Source of the DNA: a virus
IMG/VR virus record: IMGVR_UViG_3300037042_004723
Coordinates: 133,280 to 197,279 of that record
Direction: 5' to 3' (one strand)
Length of the DNA: 64,000 nt
In this document: piece by piece, positions 36,739-46,420 of the stretch
Numbering within the stretch: the first letter of the stretch is position 1
How the letters are laid out: each line of letters begins with the position of its first letter
The notes under the pieces: generated by a model
Seen by the model: the letters and a program-made list of their open reading frames with translations, nothing else
Told to the model about the DNA's origin: nothing
The model's database searches: none
Made by a program: the position numbers and the translations under genes

Positions 36739-37782
36739 ATGGCGATGATGATGGCTGCAAGTAACCTGACCGAAGATCTTCGGCGATCGTACTGGCAGGA
36801 TGGCCATACGATTGCCGAAATCGCGCGTCAGCATGGCAAGCATCCGGACACGATGTACGACTGGTTCGTGAAGCTTGGCATCCCTAGGAAGAACCAGAAA
36901 GAGGCCTCAGCAAGCAAGTCGAGGGCTGTTACTCCCGCCGAAGTCCAGGAGATGATCTGCCTCTATGAGGATGGGAAGTCGTCCAATGACATCGGGAAGC
37001 AGCTGGGACGCGATGGCAGGCTGGTGAGGACGCATCTGAAGGCCGCTGGAGTGCTGCGCAAGCGAGTCGATGCTATGAGGCTGGCGGTCAGGCACGGAAA
37101 GATTCGTCAGCGTTCGCTGAACGAGGCCTTTTTTGATGTACTGACGCCAGAAAGCGCATGGGTCCTTGGGTTGATTTACGGCGATGGGCACGTCGCTAAC
37201 AACTCCAAGATCGGCCAGTATCAAGTCACTCTTGCTGGAGCTAAAGGTGTTTGTGCGCAAGTACAGGCACTGTTGGGCCTGGACAAAGAAGCACGCCAGG
37301 CCAAGGAATCCAGGCCTGTAAAAAGCAATGGTAAATTGCTGAACTGTTGGATTCTCCAGTGGTCGTCTCGCGTAATGGTTAAGAAGCTTGGGGAGCATGG
37401 GCTGAAGGGCGGTAGCAAAGCGCGGACGATGATTTTCCCGTCCATTCCCAAGGAGCTGTTGTCACATTTTGTGCGTGGCTTGTGGGATTCGGATGGCGCC
37501 TGGAACAGGCGCGGTAACAGTGTTCGATCTGACTATGCCTGTTCCAGTTTGGCGTTTATCTCGATTCTGAAGAAGATCGTAGACGAAAAGACAGCAGACA
37601 CTTCTCGGTTCTGTACGCATCAAGTTGAGTTGTGCGGAAAGATCTTCATTGGTCATCGAATAGAGTTGCGAACAAAAGCAACGAGCCTGCTCAGGAGCTG
37701 GGTCTACAATGACAGCTCCCCGGATATTCGTTGCGAGCGAAAATTCGGTATCTCTAATGGTTTCGGTGACTTATTTCTTTAA
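36739..37782 (+). CDS. Free-standing LAGLIDADG homing endonuclease with N-terminal HTH repeats
   Basis: WVLGLIYGDG and FVRGLWDSDG; TIAEIARQHG and SSNDIGKQLG HTHs. Confidence 0.87.
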   Translation: MAMMMAASNLTEDLRRSYWQDGHTIAEIARQHGKHPDTMYDWFVKLGIPRKNQKEASASKSRAVTPAEVQEMICLYEDGKSSNDIGKQLGRDGRLVRTHLKAAGVLRKRVDAMRLAVRHGKIRQRSLNEAFFDVLTPESAWVLGLIYGDGHVANNSKIGQYQVTLAGAKGVCAQVQALLGLDKEARQAKESRPVKSNGKLLNCWILQWSSRVMVKKLGEHGLKGGSKARTMIFPSIPKELLSHFVRGLWDSDGAWNRRGNSVRSDYACSSLAFISILKKIVDEKTADTSRFCTHQVELCGKIFIGHRIELRTKATSLLRSWVYNDSSPDIRCERKFGISNGFGDLFL

Positions 37783-40700
37783 ACTTCCTCGGCCTTGGTT
37801 TTTCGCTTGGCGCGCAAGACAAGGGTCTGAGCACTGCCCTCAAGCAGACGTCGAGCGGCCTCGCGGACATCTCCAAGTCGATCGTTGGGATCGGGCTCGA
37901 CTCGGCCAAGATGGTCTTCAAGACGCCCGACTTCGGCGCAGCGGCCGGTCACGTGAACCAGCTCGCTGGCGACGTCAAGCTGACCACGACCAGCCTGGAA
38001 GCTATGGGCGTTGCCTCATCGAAGGTGACAAGCGCTCAGCTATCTGGCTTGAACTTGACCAGCGCGGAATACAAGCGAGCGCAGAGCCAGATTGCCGGTC
38101 TCTCGGTCAAGTTGAATCTTGGCTCGGAGGCGCTGACGAAGTCATTCGTGGCAGCTCATCAGGCAGGCGTTGAATTCAGTGAGATGGGATTTTCTGGACT
38201 TGAAGAGTTTCAGCGAGTCATGGAGGTAACCGGGACCGATTCTGCAAAGTTCGCTGCGTCCATGGGCAAGATGAAGCTCAAGATGGCGAAGGATCCGGCC
38301 CTGTTCAAGAGGATGACCGGCGAGATCTTCGCGATGGGCAAGGCGAACAACATCGGTCGCGAAGCTCTGGCCGGCATGGCAGGCACCATCGATATTCTCG
38401 ATGCCAACATGACCAAATTGCCTGACACGTGGGACGAGAACGGCGTGTCGATGGGCCAGTTCCTCAAGGGAACCACGGCGGTGGCGGCGGCCTTCACGGC
38501 GGTGGGCCTGACCGGCGATGAAGCGATGAAGGCTTCGCAGGGCTTGACCGAGACGCTGGTTGGAAACAATACGGGCCTTGCGGCGATGTATTCCGGTCTT
38601 GCGGACGACTTCCCAGAGGCGTCCAAGTTCATGACCGAGCAGCTTGGAAATCATGATGAGGCGTTCAAGCTACTAGCCAAGAGTCCTGATGAGTTCATGC
38701 TGAAGATGGGCAAGGTGGTCGAGACGATTGCGACCATGAAGCCGCCCAAGGCAAATTCGTTGGATCGGTACAGGCTTGGATTTGAAAAGACCTTCGGCCC
38801 TGCTTCTCTGAAGATGATGGAAAAGGGCGGGTTCGCTAAAATGGCCCCGATTCTTGAGAAGGCGCAAGATCCAATGGACGCCCAGGGCGTCGCGATCAAG
38901 AATCTGTCCAAGAAGTATCAGGACGGTAGGACCTACGCTGACAGATTCGCCCTGGCCCAAGACAACATTCAGACTCAGCTGAAAAAAGTCCATAGGGTCA
39001 TGAGCGACGGCACGTATCTGGCCGCATACAACAAGCAGTCGAAGGACTTTCTCAAGACAGTTAATCATCTTGCCGACAAGGGTGGCGCGCTTGGCAAGCT
39101 GACGACCTCGATGATCGAGATCAAGAACCGTGGCTTCGGCGGGTTCCTTGCCTCACGCAGCAGCTTTGGCTTTGCGCTGAGCGAGGCCATTGGCCTGATT
39201 CAGCCGATGCTGCAGTACTTGCCGATGCTCAGGACGGCGTTTGGAGCGCTGCTGAGCCCCATTGGCGCCGTTGCCGCTGCGATCGGCGTGTTGGCCGACC
39301 TTGGCAGGGGCAAGGACAGCTTCATCAAGCCGTTCATCGATAACATCTCTAAGCAGGCTCCTGTCTTCTTCCAGAAGGTAAAGGAAGTCTTCTCCAAGGT
39401 GTTCTCGGCGGTGTTCGACGTTATTCAGTCAATCGACTGGGGCAAGGTTGGTCAATCAATTAGGGATGGGCTGACGTGGGCGTTCAACGGTATCTCTAAG
39501 GTATTTAACATGATCGACTGGGGGAAGGTCGGAGACTTCCTCGGCGATGCTCTTGGTAAAGTCGTTAATTTCGCCTTTACGATGGCGTTCGCGGCCGTCG
39601 ACCTTCTCGGCAAGTTTCTGGATTTTTTTATGGGGCTAGACTGGGGCAAGATCGGGAACAAGCTCGGACAGGTGATGACGGGCCTGGTCGCGTTGTCTGC
39701 CGATATTATCGTCACGGTCATCAAGAGGATCCCAGAACTGGTCGTTGCCTTCGTGAAGCTCGGGGTCGGAATTCTCAGTGGCATCGAGGATGCCCTGAAG
39801 AATGCATTCCCGAAATGGGCTGGCGAAATCGGAGCGTTCTTTACTGTACTCAAGGCGGTCGCCATCCCGATTCTGGTTGCGTTGGCATTTCACTTCGGAG
39901 TCGTTGCAGCCAAGGCGGTTTATTCTGCGATGACTACAGCTGCGGCATGGGTTAAGGCATCGTATATCGAGGTGAAGGCATCGATGGCCACGATGAAGGC
40001 CCATGCACTTGCAGGCGCCTCAGCGGTTAAAAGTGCAGCCTTTACAGTCAAGGGCTGGTTATCTTCCGCAGCCACAGCTGTGGCCAGCGGAGCGACGCAG
40101 GTTGGTCAGTATCTCGCTCTCAAGGCCGCCGCCCTGGCTCATGGTGTAGCCTCCGTGGCCATCTGGGCGAGGACGAGTGCCGCTGCTGTGGCGTCTCGAA
40201 TTGTCCAGATGACTCAGTATGCAGCCCTGAGACTAGCTCAAATGGCCCAGAATGACTTGTTGATCGGCCCTGTCGTTAGATGGGCTAAGCAGGCCATAGC
40301 TGCCATAGCTGCTGGGACTACTATTGTTGGTCAATATATTGCCATGAAGGCTGCTGCATTGGCCGAGAAACTGGCTGTAGTGGGTAGCTGGCTGGCCAAG
40401 GGCGCAGCATTAGCTGGTTATTTGGTGTCCATGTTGGCTGCTGGGGCTGCGATAATTGGTCAATATTTGGGCATGGGAGTGGCGGCGGCTGCCTCTGCCG
40501 TAGCTTCGGCTGCCTCATTTGCCGTGATGATCGCCGGGTACGTGGCGGCTGGTCTTGCTGCAGCCGTTGGCGCTGCAGCTGTTGTTGGTGGGTGGCTCGC
40601 AATGGCAGCGGCGGCCGTTGCCAATGCAGCCGTCGTGGCCGCTGCATGGTTGGTCGCGTTCTTCCCGATAACCGCGATCTTGCTGGCAATCGCAGGGCTC

Positions 40701-42671
40701 GCGTTGGTGATTTATAAATTTGGAGACAAGATCAAGGCATTCTTTAGCGGCCTGTGGAATGGCATCAAGGATGTCGCAAAGGCTGTTTGGGACAAGATTA
40801 TTTCGATTATCACGTCTCCGATTGCGGCCGTGAAGGCAGCCTGGGGAGCTGTTAAGGGGTTCTTTGGTGGGCTCTGGGATGGCGTCAAAGGCGCTGCTGG
40901 CTCTGCCTGGGGTTGGATCAAGGGCAAGGTAACTGGCCTATGGGGTGAAACTAAAAAAGAAGTTTCAAGCATAAGCATTGTTGACGTTGTTCAAAAACAG
41001 CTCGATGAAGTTAAGCAAAAAGCAGCTCAAATACAAAAAGAGGTTGCCAGCAATGCTAAATCTACCATTCAAGAAACAAAGGACGCCTCAAACGGATTAG
41101 GCGGCATTGTGTCTACTGCGATGGACGTGGCAGGGCGTGCGGCTTCATTGGCAAATAAGAAAGTTTCCGGATACATAGGAAGTTTTATTGAAAAGACAGA
41201 TGGTCACTTAAAAAAGGCCAACACCTTAGCATTTCCGAAATTAGGCGGGACTGAACTGCTTGATCAAATCCAAGCCTACAAGGATTCCGGTAAGGTTATT
41301 GGTCAGCTCAATGACCAGTGGGATGAATTTGAAGCCAAAAGAAAGAAATTGGCGATAGATCCAAAGGCATCCGATGAGCAGCGAGGCAAGGCCAAGGAAG
41401 CTGTTGAGGCGATCGAGCAGGAGAGGGATCGGGCGATTGCCGCGCAGAAAGCAATCGCCGATCAGTACCAAAGTACTCATGACGTAAAGCTTGATCTTGT
41501 CCTTTCTGAGGCAAGATTTGGACTGGAAAAAATAGCTCAGCTTAAGACTGAGACTTACGGCATGGATAAGGTAACGAGAGATATTTTAAGAAAAAAAATT
41601 GATCGCGAAGGCAAGGCTTGGGCAGAGGAGCGATTGGAGATTGCACAGGCAAGGCAGGAGGCAGAAACCGACGCAGAGAGGGACAATATTCGGAAAAAGG
41701 CTGGCGCCCTGGATAAAAAGATCCTAGAGGATGAGAAAAGGCTGCGAGCTGAAATAGTTGCCATAAAAGAAAAAGGGGCAAAGATTTCACAGGTAGATAG
41801 AGCAGCAGCCAGGGATCAGGTTTCCAATGCCAAGGATGTCTTCAAGCAGACTTCAAAAATAAGCGCTGACCGGGCAGCAAAGGAGTCTGCCAATGCTGCC
41901 ATTGCACAGTCCGAATTCAAAGTGAGCGGAGAGAGAGCGGTTGAATTGGCGAGTCAGCTCGCTTCGATTAAGCCAGGTGCTTTCAAGAGCAGAATCGTAG
42001 AGGTCAAGAGAGAGCTGGGAGGCTTCCTTGAGGCGATGGATAAGGCATCTCAGACACTGATCAAAAATACGAACGCGAATGTAAATAAGTTTTTCGCGGA
42101 CTCCAAGAAGGGCTGGGTCGATCAGGAGGACCTAATCAAGACCTTCACGGACAAGGCTGTGGTCCACACCGAGAAGTACTGGACCAAGGTCATCGACGAG
42201 GCGACCAAGGCGACGGGGTCGTTCACTACGCTGTTCGGTACTATTCAGTCCAACCTGGCCTCGATGGCCCAGTCGGTCAACGTCATGGATCTGCTGGCAT
42301 CTCCTAGCCAGATATCGCAGTGGGCAGCGTCCGTGGTGTCTGCTCTTGGTTATGCATTCAAGAACGGCGGCGCCGTTGATGCGCTAATCACGACGTCTTA
42401 CCAGAAGGCGCTGGAGGCGAACGCCACGTTGCAGGCGCAGTCCGGCTCGGCGACGCCCGACACGTCGGACATGGCGTCGCCTGCCTTGCCTGCCACCTCG
42501 GCGCAGGGAGCGCTTCTCAATACGATCAACAAGCCGACATGGGCTGGCCCCGATGGGGATATCCCCAAGGAGCTTAAGGCGATGAACAAGCAGCTCAAGG
42601 AGGCAGTTGAGCAGCTTCATGTTATTGCCCGGACCAAGCCGAAGTCAGGTGGAACTCTGAGCGATAAGTAA
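37773..42671 (+). CDS. Tape measure protein (about 1630 aa; start apparently ATT 37773, first ATG 37911)
   Basis: Long helical Ala/Gly-rich protein with Trp/Phe periodic repeats; frame open from 37770 giving SLNFLGLGFSLGAQDKG. Confidence 0.85.
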   Translation: MSLNFLGLGFSLGAQDKGLSTALKQTSSGLADISKSIVGIGLDSAKMVFKTPDFGAAAGHVNQLAGDVKLTTTSLEAMGVASSKVTSAQLSGLNLTSAEYKRAQSQIAGLSVKLNLGSEALTKSFVAAHQAGVEFSEMGFSGLEEFQRVMEVTGTDSAKFAASMGKMKLKMAKDPALFKRMTGEIFAMGKANNIGREALAGMAGTIDILDANMTKLPDTWDENGVSMGQFLKGTTAVAAAFTAVGLTGDEAMKASQGLTETLVGNNTGLAAMYSGLADDFPEASKFMTEQLGNHDEAFKLLAKSPDEFMLKMGKVVETIATMKPPKANSLDRYRLGFEKTFGPASLKMMEKGGFAKMAPILEKAQDPMDAQGVAIKNLSKKYQDGRTYADRFALAQDNIQTQLKKVHRVMSDGTYLAAYNKQSKDFLKTVNHLADKGGALGKLTTSMIEIKNRGFGGFLASRSSFGFALSEAIGLIQPMLQYLPMLRTAFGALLSPIGAVAAAIGVLADLGRGKDSFIKPFIDNISKQAPVFFQKVKEVFSKVFSAVFDVIQSIDWGKVGQSIRDGLTWAFNGISKVFNMIDWGKVGDFLGDALGKVVNFAFTMAFAAVDLLGKFLDFFMGLDWGKIGNKLGQVMTGLVALSADIIVTVIKRIPELVVAFVKLGVGILSGIEDALKNAFPKWAGEIGAFFTVLKAVAIPILVALAFHFGVVAAKAVYSAMTTAAAWVKASYIEVKASMATMKAHALAGASAVKSAAFTVKGWLSSAATAVASGATQVGQYLALKAAALAHGVASVAIWARTSAAAVASRIVQMTQYAALRLAQMAQNDLLIGPVVRWAKQAIAAIAAGTTIVGQYIAMKAAALAEKLAVVGSWLAKGAALAGYLVSMLAAGAAIIGQYLGMGVAAAASAVASAASFAVMIAGYVAAGLAAAVGAAAVVGGWLAMAAAAVANAAVVAAAWLVAFFPITAILLAIAGLALVIYKFGDKIKAFFSGLWNGIKDVAKAVWDKIISIITSPIAAVKAAWGAVKGFFGGLWDGVKGAAGSAWGWIKGKVTGLWGETKKEVSSISIVDVVQKQLDEVKQKAAQIQKEVASNAKSTIQETKDASNGLGGIVSTAMDVAGRAASLANKKVSGYIGSFIEKTDGHLKKANTLAFPKLGGTELLDQIQAYKDSGKVIGQLNDQWDEFEAKRKKLAIDPKASDEQRGKAKEAVEAIEQERDRAIAAQKAIADQYQSTHDVKLDLVLSEARFGLEKIAQLKTETYGMDKVTRDILRKKIDREGKAWAEERLEIAQARQEAETDAERDNIRKKAGALDKKILEDEKRLRAEIVAIKEKGAKISQVDRAAARDQVSNAKDVFKQTSKISADRAAKESANAAIAQSEFKVSGERAVELASQLASIKPGAFKSRIVEVKRELGGFLEAMDKASQTLIKNTNANVNKFFADSKKGWVDQEDLIKTFTDKAVVHTEKYWTKVIDEATKATGSFTTLFGTIQSNLASMAQSVNVMDLLASPSQISQWAASVVSALGYAFKNGGAVDALITTSYQKALEANATLQAQSGSATPDTSDMASPALPATSAQGALLNTINKPTWAGPDGDIPKELKAMNKQLKEAVEQLHVIARTKPKSGGTLSDK

Positions 42672-42694
42672 TAAGCCATAAGAATTAGTGATCC

Positions 42695-43015
42695 ATGTCA
42701 ATTAATGTAAAAAGCGCTTCTCGTCTCGCATTTGCGAGGCTGCTGGTCGTTGACGGTGTGGAGTTCTGGGACACCATGGTGATGCCTGATTCCATCCCTA
42801 GGCCGGACGATATCCAATATATTGTCCGGGCTGGCGATCGGATCGATCTCTTGGCTGATGCCTTTTACCAAGACCCTGCGATGTGGTGGGTCTTGGCGTG
42901 GGCCAACAACCTGGAGATTCTCCCGACGGACCTGAAGGAGAACATGCAGATTCGAGTGCCCTCCAGGGATTTTGTTGTCAACGAGATGCTCCGCAATGCG
43001 ACCCGGAGGGCCTGA
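42695..43015 (+). CDS. LysM/gp53-like baseplate protein
   Basis: YIVRAGDRIDLLADAFYQDPAMWWVLAWANNL...QIRVP. Confidence 0.85.
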   Translation: MSINVKSASRLAFARLLVVDGVEFWDTMVMPDSIPRPDDIQYIVRAGDRIDLLADAFYQDPAMWWVLAWANNLEILPTDLKENMQIRVPSRDFVVNEMLRNATRRA

Positions 43016-44577
43016 TGGCGATCGATTTCTTTGGCGTCAAGCTCGAAGGCAGGATCTACCAGTTCGCCAAGGGCGACGCAGTGAAGAAGACTGCAGATGC
43101 CCGCAAGGTCATCGACCTGTGGCTCGCCCCTCAGACATCTGCGAACGTCGTTGATCTTGGCGTGCTGGCCTTCGTGTCCGAGATCAATGTTAAGTACAAG
43201 CTGGGCGAGAACGCCGAGATCAGCCTCGTGCTGACGCCTCCATTCGAGGAGGGGCTCGTATTTTTGCAGTCTGACATCATTCGCTTCGGCACCGGACGCC
43301 TTGAGGTGTTGCTGTCGTACTCCACGGGAAGCATCACAGGCGGCGGCGCTACGTCTAATTATGCTCTTCCGTTTTCCGGGTTTCTCCAAAAGCCGGACGT
43401 GAGCATCGGGAGCGATATCGTCATCACGCTTCACGCCCTGGGCGTTGGGTATCAGTTAAACATCGTCGGCAACGAAGGATCGGAGAAGGACTTCGAGTCT
43501 ACTGATTCGTATGCCGAAGCCGTGAGAAAGACGCTCAAGAAATACACGCAAAAGGGCGCCGGTGAGGGGCTTAAGATTGATAACCTATACAAGTACATTG
43601 ATGGGGATGATGAAGAGCGCAAGAAGAAGGACCCGTTTTTTAACGTCCCACAGGCTCCAACGGTTACCAATACCCAAACCAAAACCAAGTCAAATCCAAA
43701 GACCAAGAGTAAGTTTCCGGATGTCGCAACCGTTCCGGGGGTCGTGATCAAGGGGCCTCGCAATGATTGGTGGTTCGTCAAGGAGACGGTTACTAACTTT
43801 GGATATGACCTGTTCATTAAGGGTGATGAGATCTTCATCTGCAGTAAGACCAAATGGATGGAGCAGGCTATTAACGGTGAGAACCAGGGGAGAAAGCAGT
43901 TCCTTTTGAGAGGGGTCGTTGACCCGACCAGGAACATGTTTCCAATTCTCAGCTTCCAGTCCCCCACAACGGCCGTCTGGCTACAGCCTGGAATTGGCAA
44001 GCTGGTAGCTCGCGATGTTGATGTGAACAAGCAGGATGATGCAGGGGTTAGCCATACTGCAGAAGACTCCACCGTAGGTATTACTCGTGCAAAGCGCGGG
44101 ATGGATCCGTCGAAGTATCAAACGGCGGACGGCTCCCCGGCAGCCGTCGGGATTGGTCCGGGAGATCCGGCCGATCCGGAAGTCCAGAAAAAGATCGAAG
44201 CTCACTGGACGGACATGAACATGGATGCCGGCATCCAGGGCGTTTTTACGACGCTTGGCATCCCTGGATTGATACCCGGGGAGTCGGTTGACGTATCTGG
44301 ATTCGAGCCGGTTGCATTCGCTCCAGGGGCCGTCACTGCTGAAGGGTTTGATCCAATCTTCAATGGCGTCTATGGAGTGATTGAGGTCAATCACAAGATT
44401 GGCGTAGGTGGCTGGGAGACTTCGTTTCTTGGATGTATGGGGTTCTTCCCTGAGAACCTCACGAACATCCGAGATAAGTCGAAGGCGAGCGTGCCTACTC
44501 CCAGCAAGGGGACGCTTGAGTCTCGCTCCCTTGGATCCCGAAGTGTGATTCCATCCTTCGATGATGGAGATTTCTGA
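43015..44577 (+). CDS. Baseplate hub protein (gp27/late control D-like)
   Basis: TGATG-coupled start; GIPGLIPGESV...NGVYGVIEVNHKIG..GWETSF. Confidence 0.75.
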   Translation: MAIDFFGVKLEGRIYQFAKGDAVKKTADARKVIDLWLAPQTSANVVDLGVLAFVSEINVKYKLGENAEISLVLTPPFEEGLVFLQSDIIRFGTGRLEVLLSYSTGSITGGGATSNYALPFSGFLQKPDVSIGSDIVITLHALGVGYQLNIVGNEGSEKDFESTDSYAEAVRKTLKKYTQKGAGEGLKIDNLYKYIDGDDEERKKKDPFFNVPQAPTVTNTQTKTKSNPKTKSKFPDVATVPGVVIKGPRNDWWFVKETVTNFGYDLFIKGDEIFICSKTKWMEQAINGENQGRKQFLLRGVVDPTRNMFPILSFQSPTTAVWLQPGIGKLVARDVDVNKQDDAGVSHTAEDSTVGITRAKRGMDPSKYQTADGSPAAVGIGPGDPADPEVQKKIEAHWTDMNMDAGIQGVFTTLGIPGLIPGESVDVSGFEPVAFAPGAVTAEGFDPIFNGVYGVIEVNHKIGVGGWETSFLGCMGFFPENLTNIRDKSKASVPTPSKGTLESRSLGSRSVIPSFDDGDF

Positions 44578-45233
44578 TGCCGTTCTTCGCAAGCAAGTTC
44601 GACGAGTTCATGGATTACCTGGTCCGATTCGGGCTTGAGTACTATCGCCGTTACTATGGTCCCTACCGCGCCAAGGTAATCAACAATAAGGACCCCGAAG
44701 GTCTTGGAAGGATCATCGTCGAGGTTCCACGTGCCAGGCTATCTGCGCGGAACTCAAAATGGGTTCTGCCGATGATGCATGGCGCCGGGAGGGAGCACGG
44801 TATTTTTTGGCCTCCAGAGGAAAAAGATTACGTTTTCGTGTTCTTTGACAACGGAGATCCAGAGCGACCGATTGGATACATGGGCGGCTGGTATGCGGAG
44901 GATGAGATCCACTCGGAGTTCACTCAGCAGTCAGATGGGGCGCCCAAGAAACGTGGGTTCAGAACGCCAGGCGGACACCTAGTTGTTATGTCTGACGAAA
45001 GTGGCAAGGAGAAGGTGCTGATCCGGCACAAGGACGGAACCATCGTGGAGTGGACGTCGGACAAGAAGGTCAAGGTTGGCAAGGAGGGCGGGTCATTCGA
45101 GCCCATGATGAAGGGCAGCACTGTCAAGAAGTGGCTAGAGAGTCATACGCACGGGCACTCATGGGGGCCGACGGCGCCTCCCATCCAGCCGTTTCCTCCA
45201 AAAGGCCTCAGCGACGACGTCGAGGGTTCATGA
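44577..45233 (+). CDS. Central spike protein (gp5 N-terminal OB fold / gpV-like)
   Basis: YRAKVINNKDPEGLGRI.VEVP...W.LP...PEEKDYVFVFFDNGDPERP; C-terminal HTH metal-binding tip motif. Confidence 0.88.
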   Translation: MPFFASKFDEFMDYLVRFGLEYYRRYYGPYRAKVINNKDPEGLGRIIVEVPRARLSARNSKWVLPMMHGAGREHGIFWPPEEKDYVFVFFDNGDPERPIGYMGGWYAEDEIHSEFTQQSDGAPKKRGFRTPGGHLVVMSDESGKEKVLIRHKDGTIVEWTSDKKVKVGKEGGSFEPMMKGSTVKKWLESHTHGHSWGPTAPPIQPFPPKGLSDDVEGS

Positions 45234-45835
45234 TGGCGGAGGCTAAAAATATTGTATATGGATTGAAAGATCCACGCACTGAAGAGGTCAGGTACATTGG
45301 CAAGTCAGTGCATGGCATACGTAGGGCTAAAGCACATCTGTGTCCCAGTAATTTATCCAAGGTCAACCATAAAAATCACTGGATCAAACAACTGATAGCA
45401 GAGAACCTAACGTATGAGATCGTTATACTTGAAACATGCCTGGATGAAGCTTCGGTGTTGGTAGCGGAAGTAAAATGGATAGCTATCGGTCGGGGCGCGG
45501 GATGGAAGCTAACAAACGCGACCGACGGAGGAGAAGGTTGTTCTGGTCTTGTTGTTAGCGATGAAGGGCGAGCCAAGATGTCGGCGGCCCACGTTGGGAA
45601 AAAATGGACGGCCGAAAGCATAGCCAGACGATCAGCTACTGTTCGCGGCAGGAAATGGAGTTCAGAACGCAGAGCCAAATCAGCAAACATTAAGGTCAGT
45701 GATGAAACCAGAGAAAAATTGCGCATTGCAAATTCTGGTAGGAAGTTGACCGAAGAGCACAAGGAGAAGCTTAGACAGGCGCATCTTGGTAAGACACTGA
45801 GTGTCGAACATAAGAAAAAATTAGCGCCGCCATGA
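45230..45835 (+). CDS. GIY-YIG homing endonuclease with NUMOD3 repeats (frame broken near 45815; continues in -1 frame to 45957)
   Basis: IVYGLKDP...VRYIGKS, NATDGGEG, repeated S.E.R.K.S motifs. Confidence 0.85.
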   Translation: MMAEAKNIVYGLKDPRTEEVRYIGKSVHGIRRAKAHLCPSNLSKVNHKNHWIKQLIAENLTYEIVILETCLDEASVLVAEVKWIAIGRGAGWKLTNATDGGEGCSGLVVSDEGRAKMSAAHVGKKWTAESIARRSATVRGRKWSSERRAKSANIKVSDETREKLRIANSGRKLTEEHKEKLRQAHLGKTLSVEHKKKLAPP

Positions 45836-45956
45836 TGGGGAACAGGTATGGCGTTGGGAACAAAAACCATCTCGGAAAGAAACACGATCCGGCAACGCGA
45901 GAGAAGATAAGTGCGGCGGTCAAGGCCGCGCTTTCCAAACCGGCGGAGGGTTCCTG

Positions 45957-46418
45957 ATGGCGCTCAATATGGGACAGCTGAAGAATCAGATTCAGCGCGT
46001 TTTAGATCAGAAACTCGAAAGCATTCCTCAGATTGCCAGCAGGATAGCGCAGGCCTATCAGGCCTATGCTATGGCTGCACAGGCTCCTCCGGGAGCGCCG
46101 GTAATCCTTAAGGGGTCTGAGAGCCGCCTGTTTGAGACGGCGCTTACCGGCCTCATGCAGGGCCGTCTTCCAGCTCCTCAGGCGGCTCAGGCTCTTGGGA
46201 ATGCCATCGTCGCCTTCTGGTTGGTCCCGCCGGTTCAGACCGGCGCTGGAGGGGTTTGTACGGCCGTCGTCCCCCAGGCGGCGGTTGCGAAGATGATGGC
46301 AACCAAGGTATCAGATTCGTCACAGGCTGCGCTCTCCCTTGCGCAGTCGCTTGATCTGATGACGAGGACAGTGATCGTCACCAATCCTCCGCCTATCGCC
46401 CCAGGCCCATTGTTCTAG
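45957..46418 (+). CDS. Hypothetical baseplate-region protein
   Basis: Position between the spike and gp25-like genes. Confidence 0.6.
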   Translation: MALNMGQLKNQIQRVLDQKLESIPQIASRIAQAYQAYAMAAQAPPGAPVILKGSESRLFETALTGLMQGRLPAPQAAQALGNAIVAFWLVPPVQTGAGGVCTAVVPQAAVAKMMATKVSDSSQAALSLAQSLDLMTRTVIVTNPPPIAPGPLF

Positions 46419-46420
46419 TT

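Noticed and set aside
36639-37772. Group I intron carrying the LAGLIDADG gene and supplying the missing tape measure start by splicing
   Set aside because: No recognisable P7/catalytic core or plausible 5' exon; the ORF fills almost the whole interval
37709-38173. 154-aa plus-strand ORF overlapping the tape measure start
   Set aside because: Alternative frame with Arg-rich non-protein-like composition; relevant only as a possible exit frame
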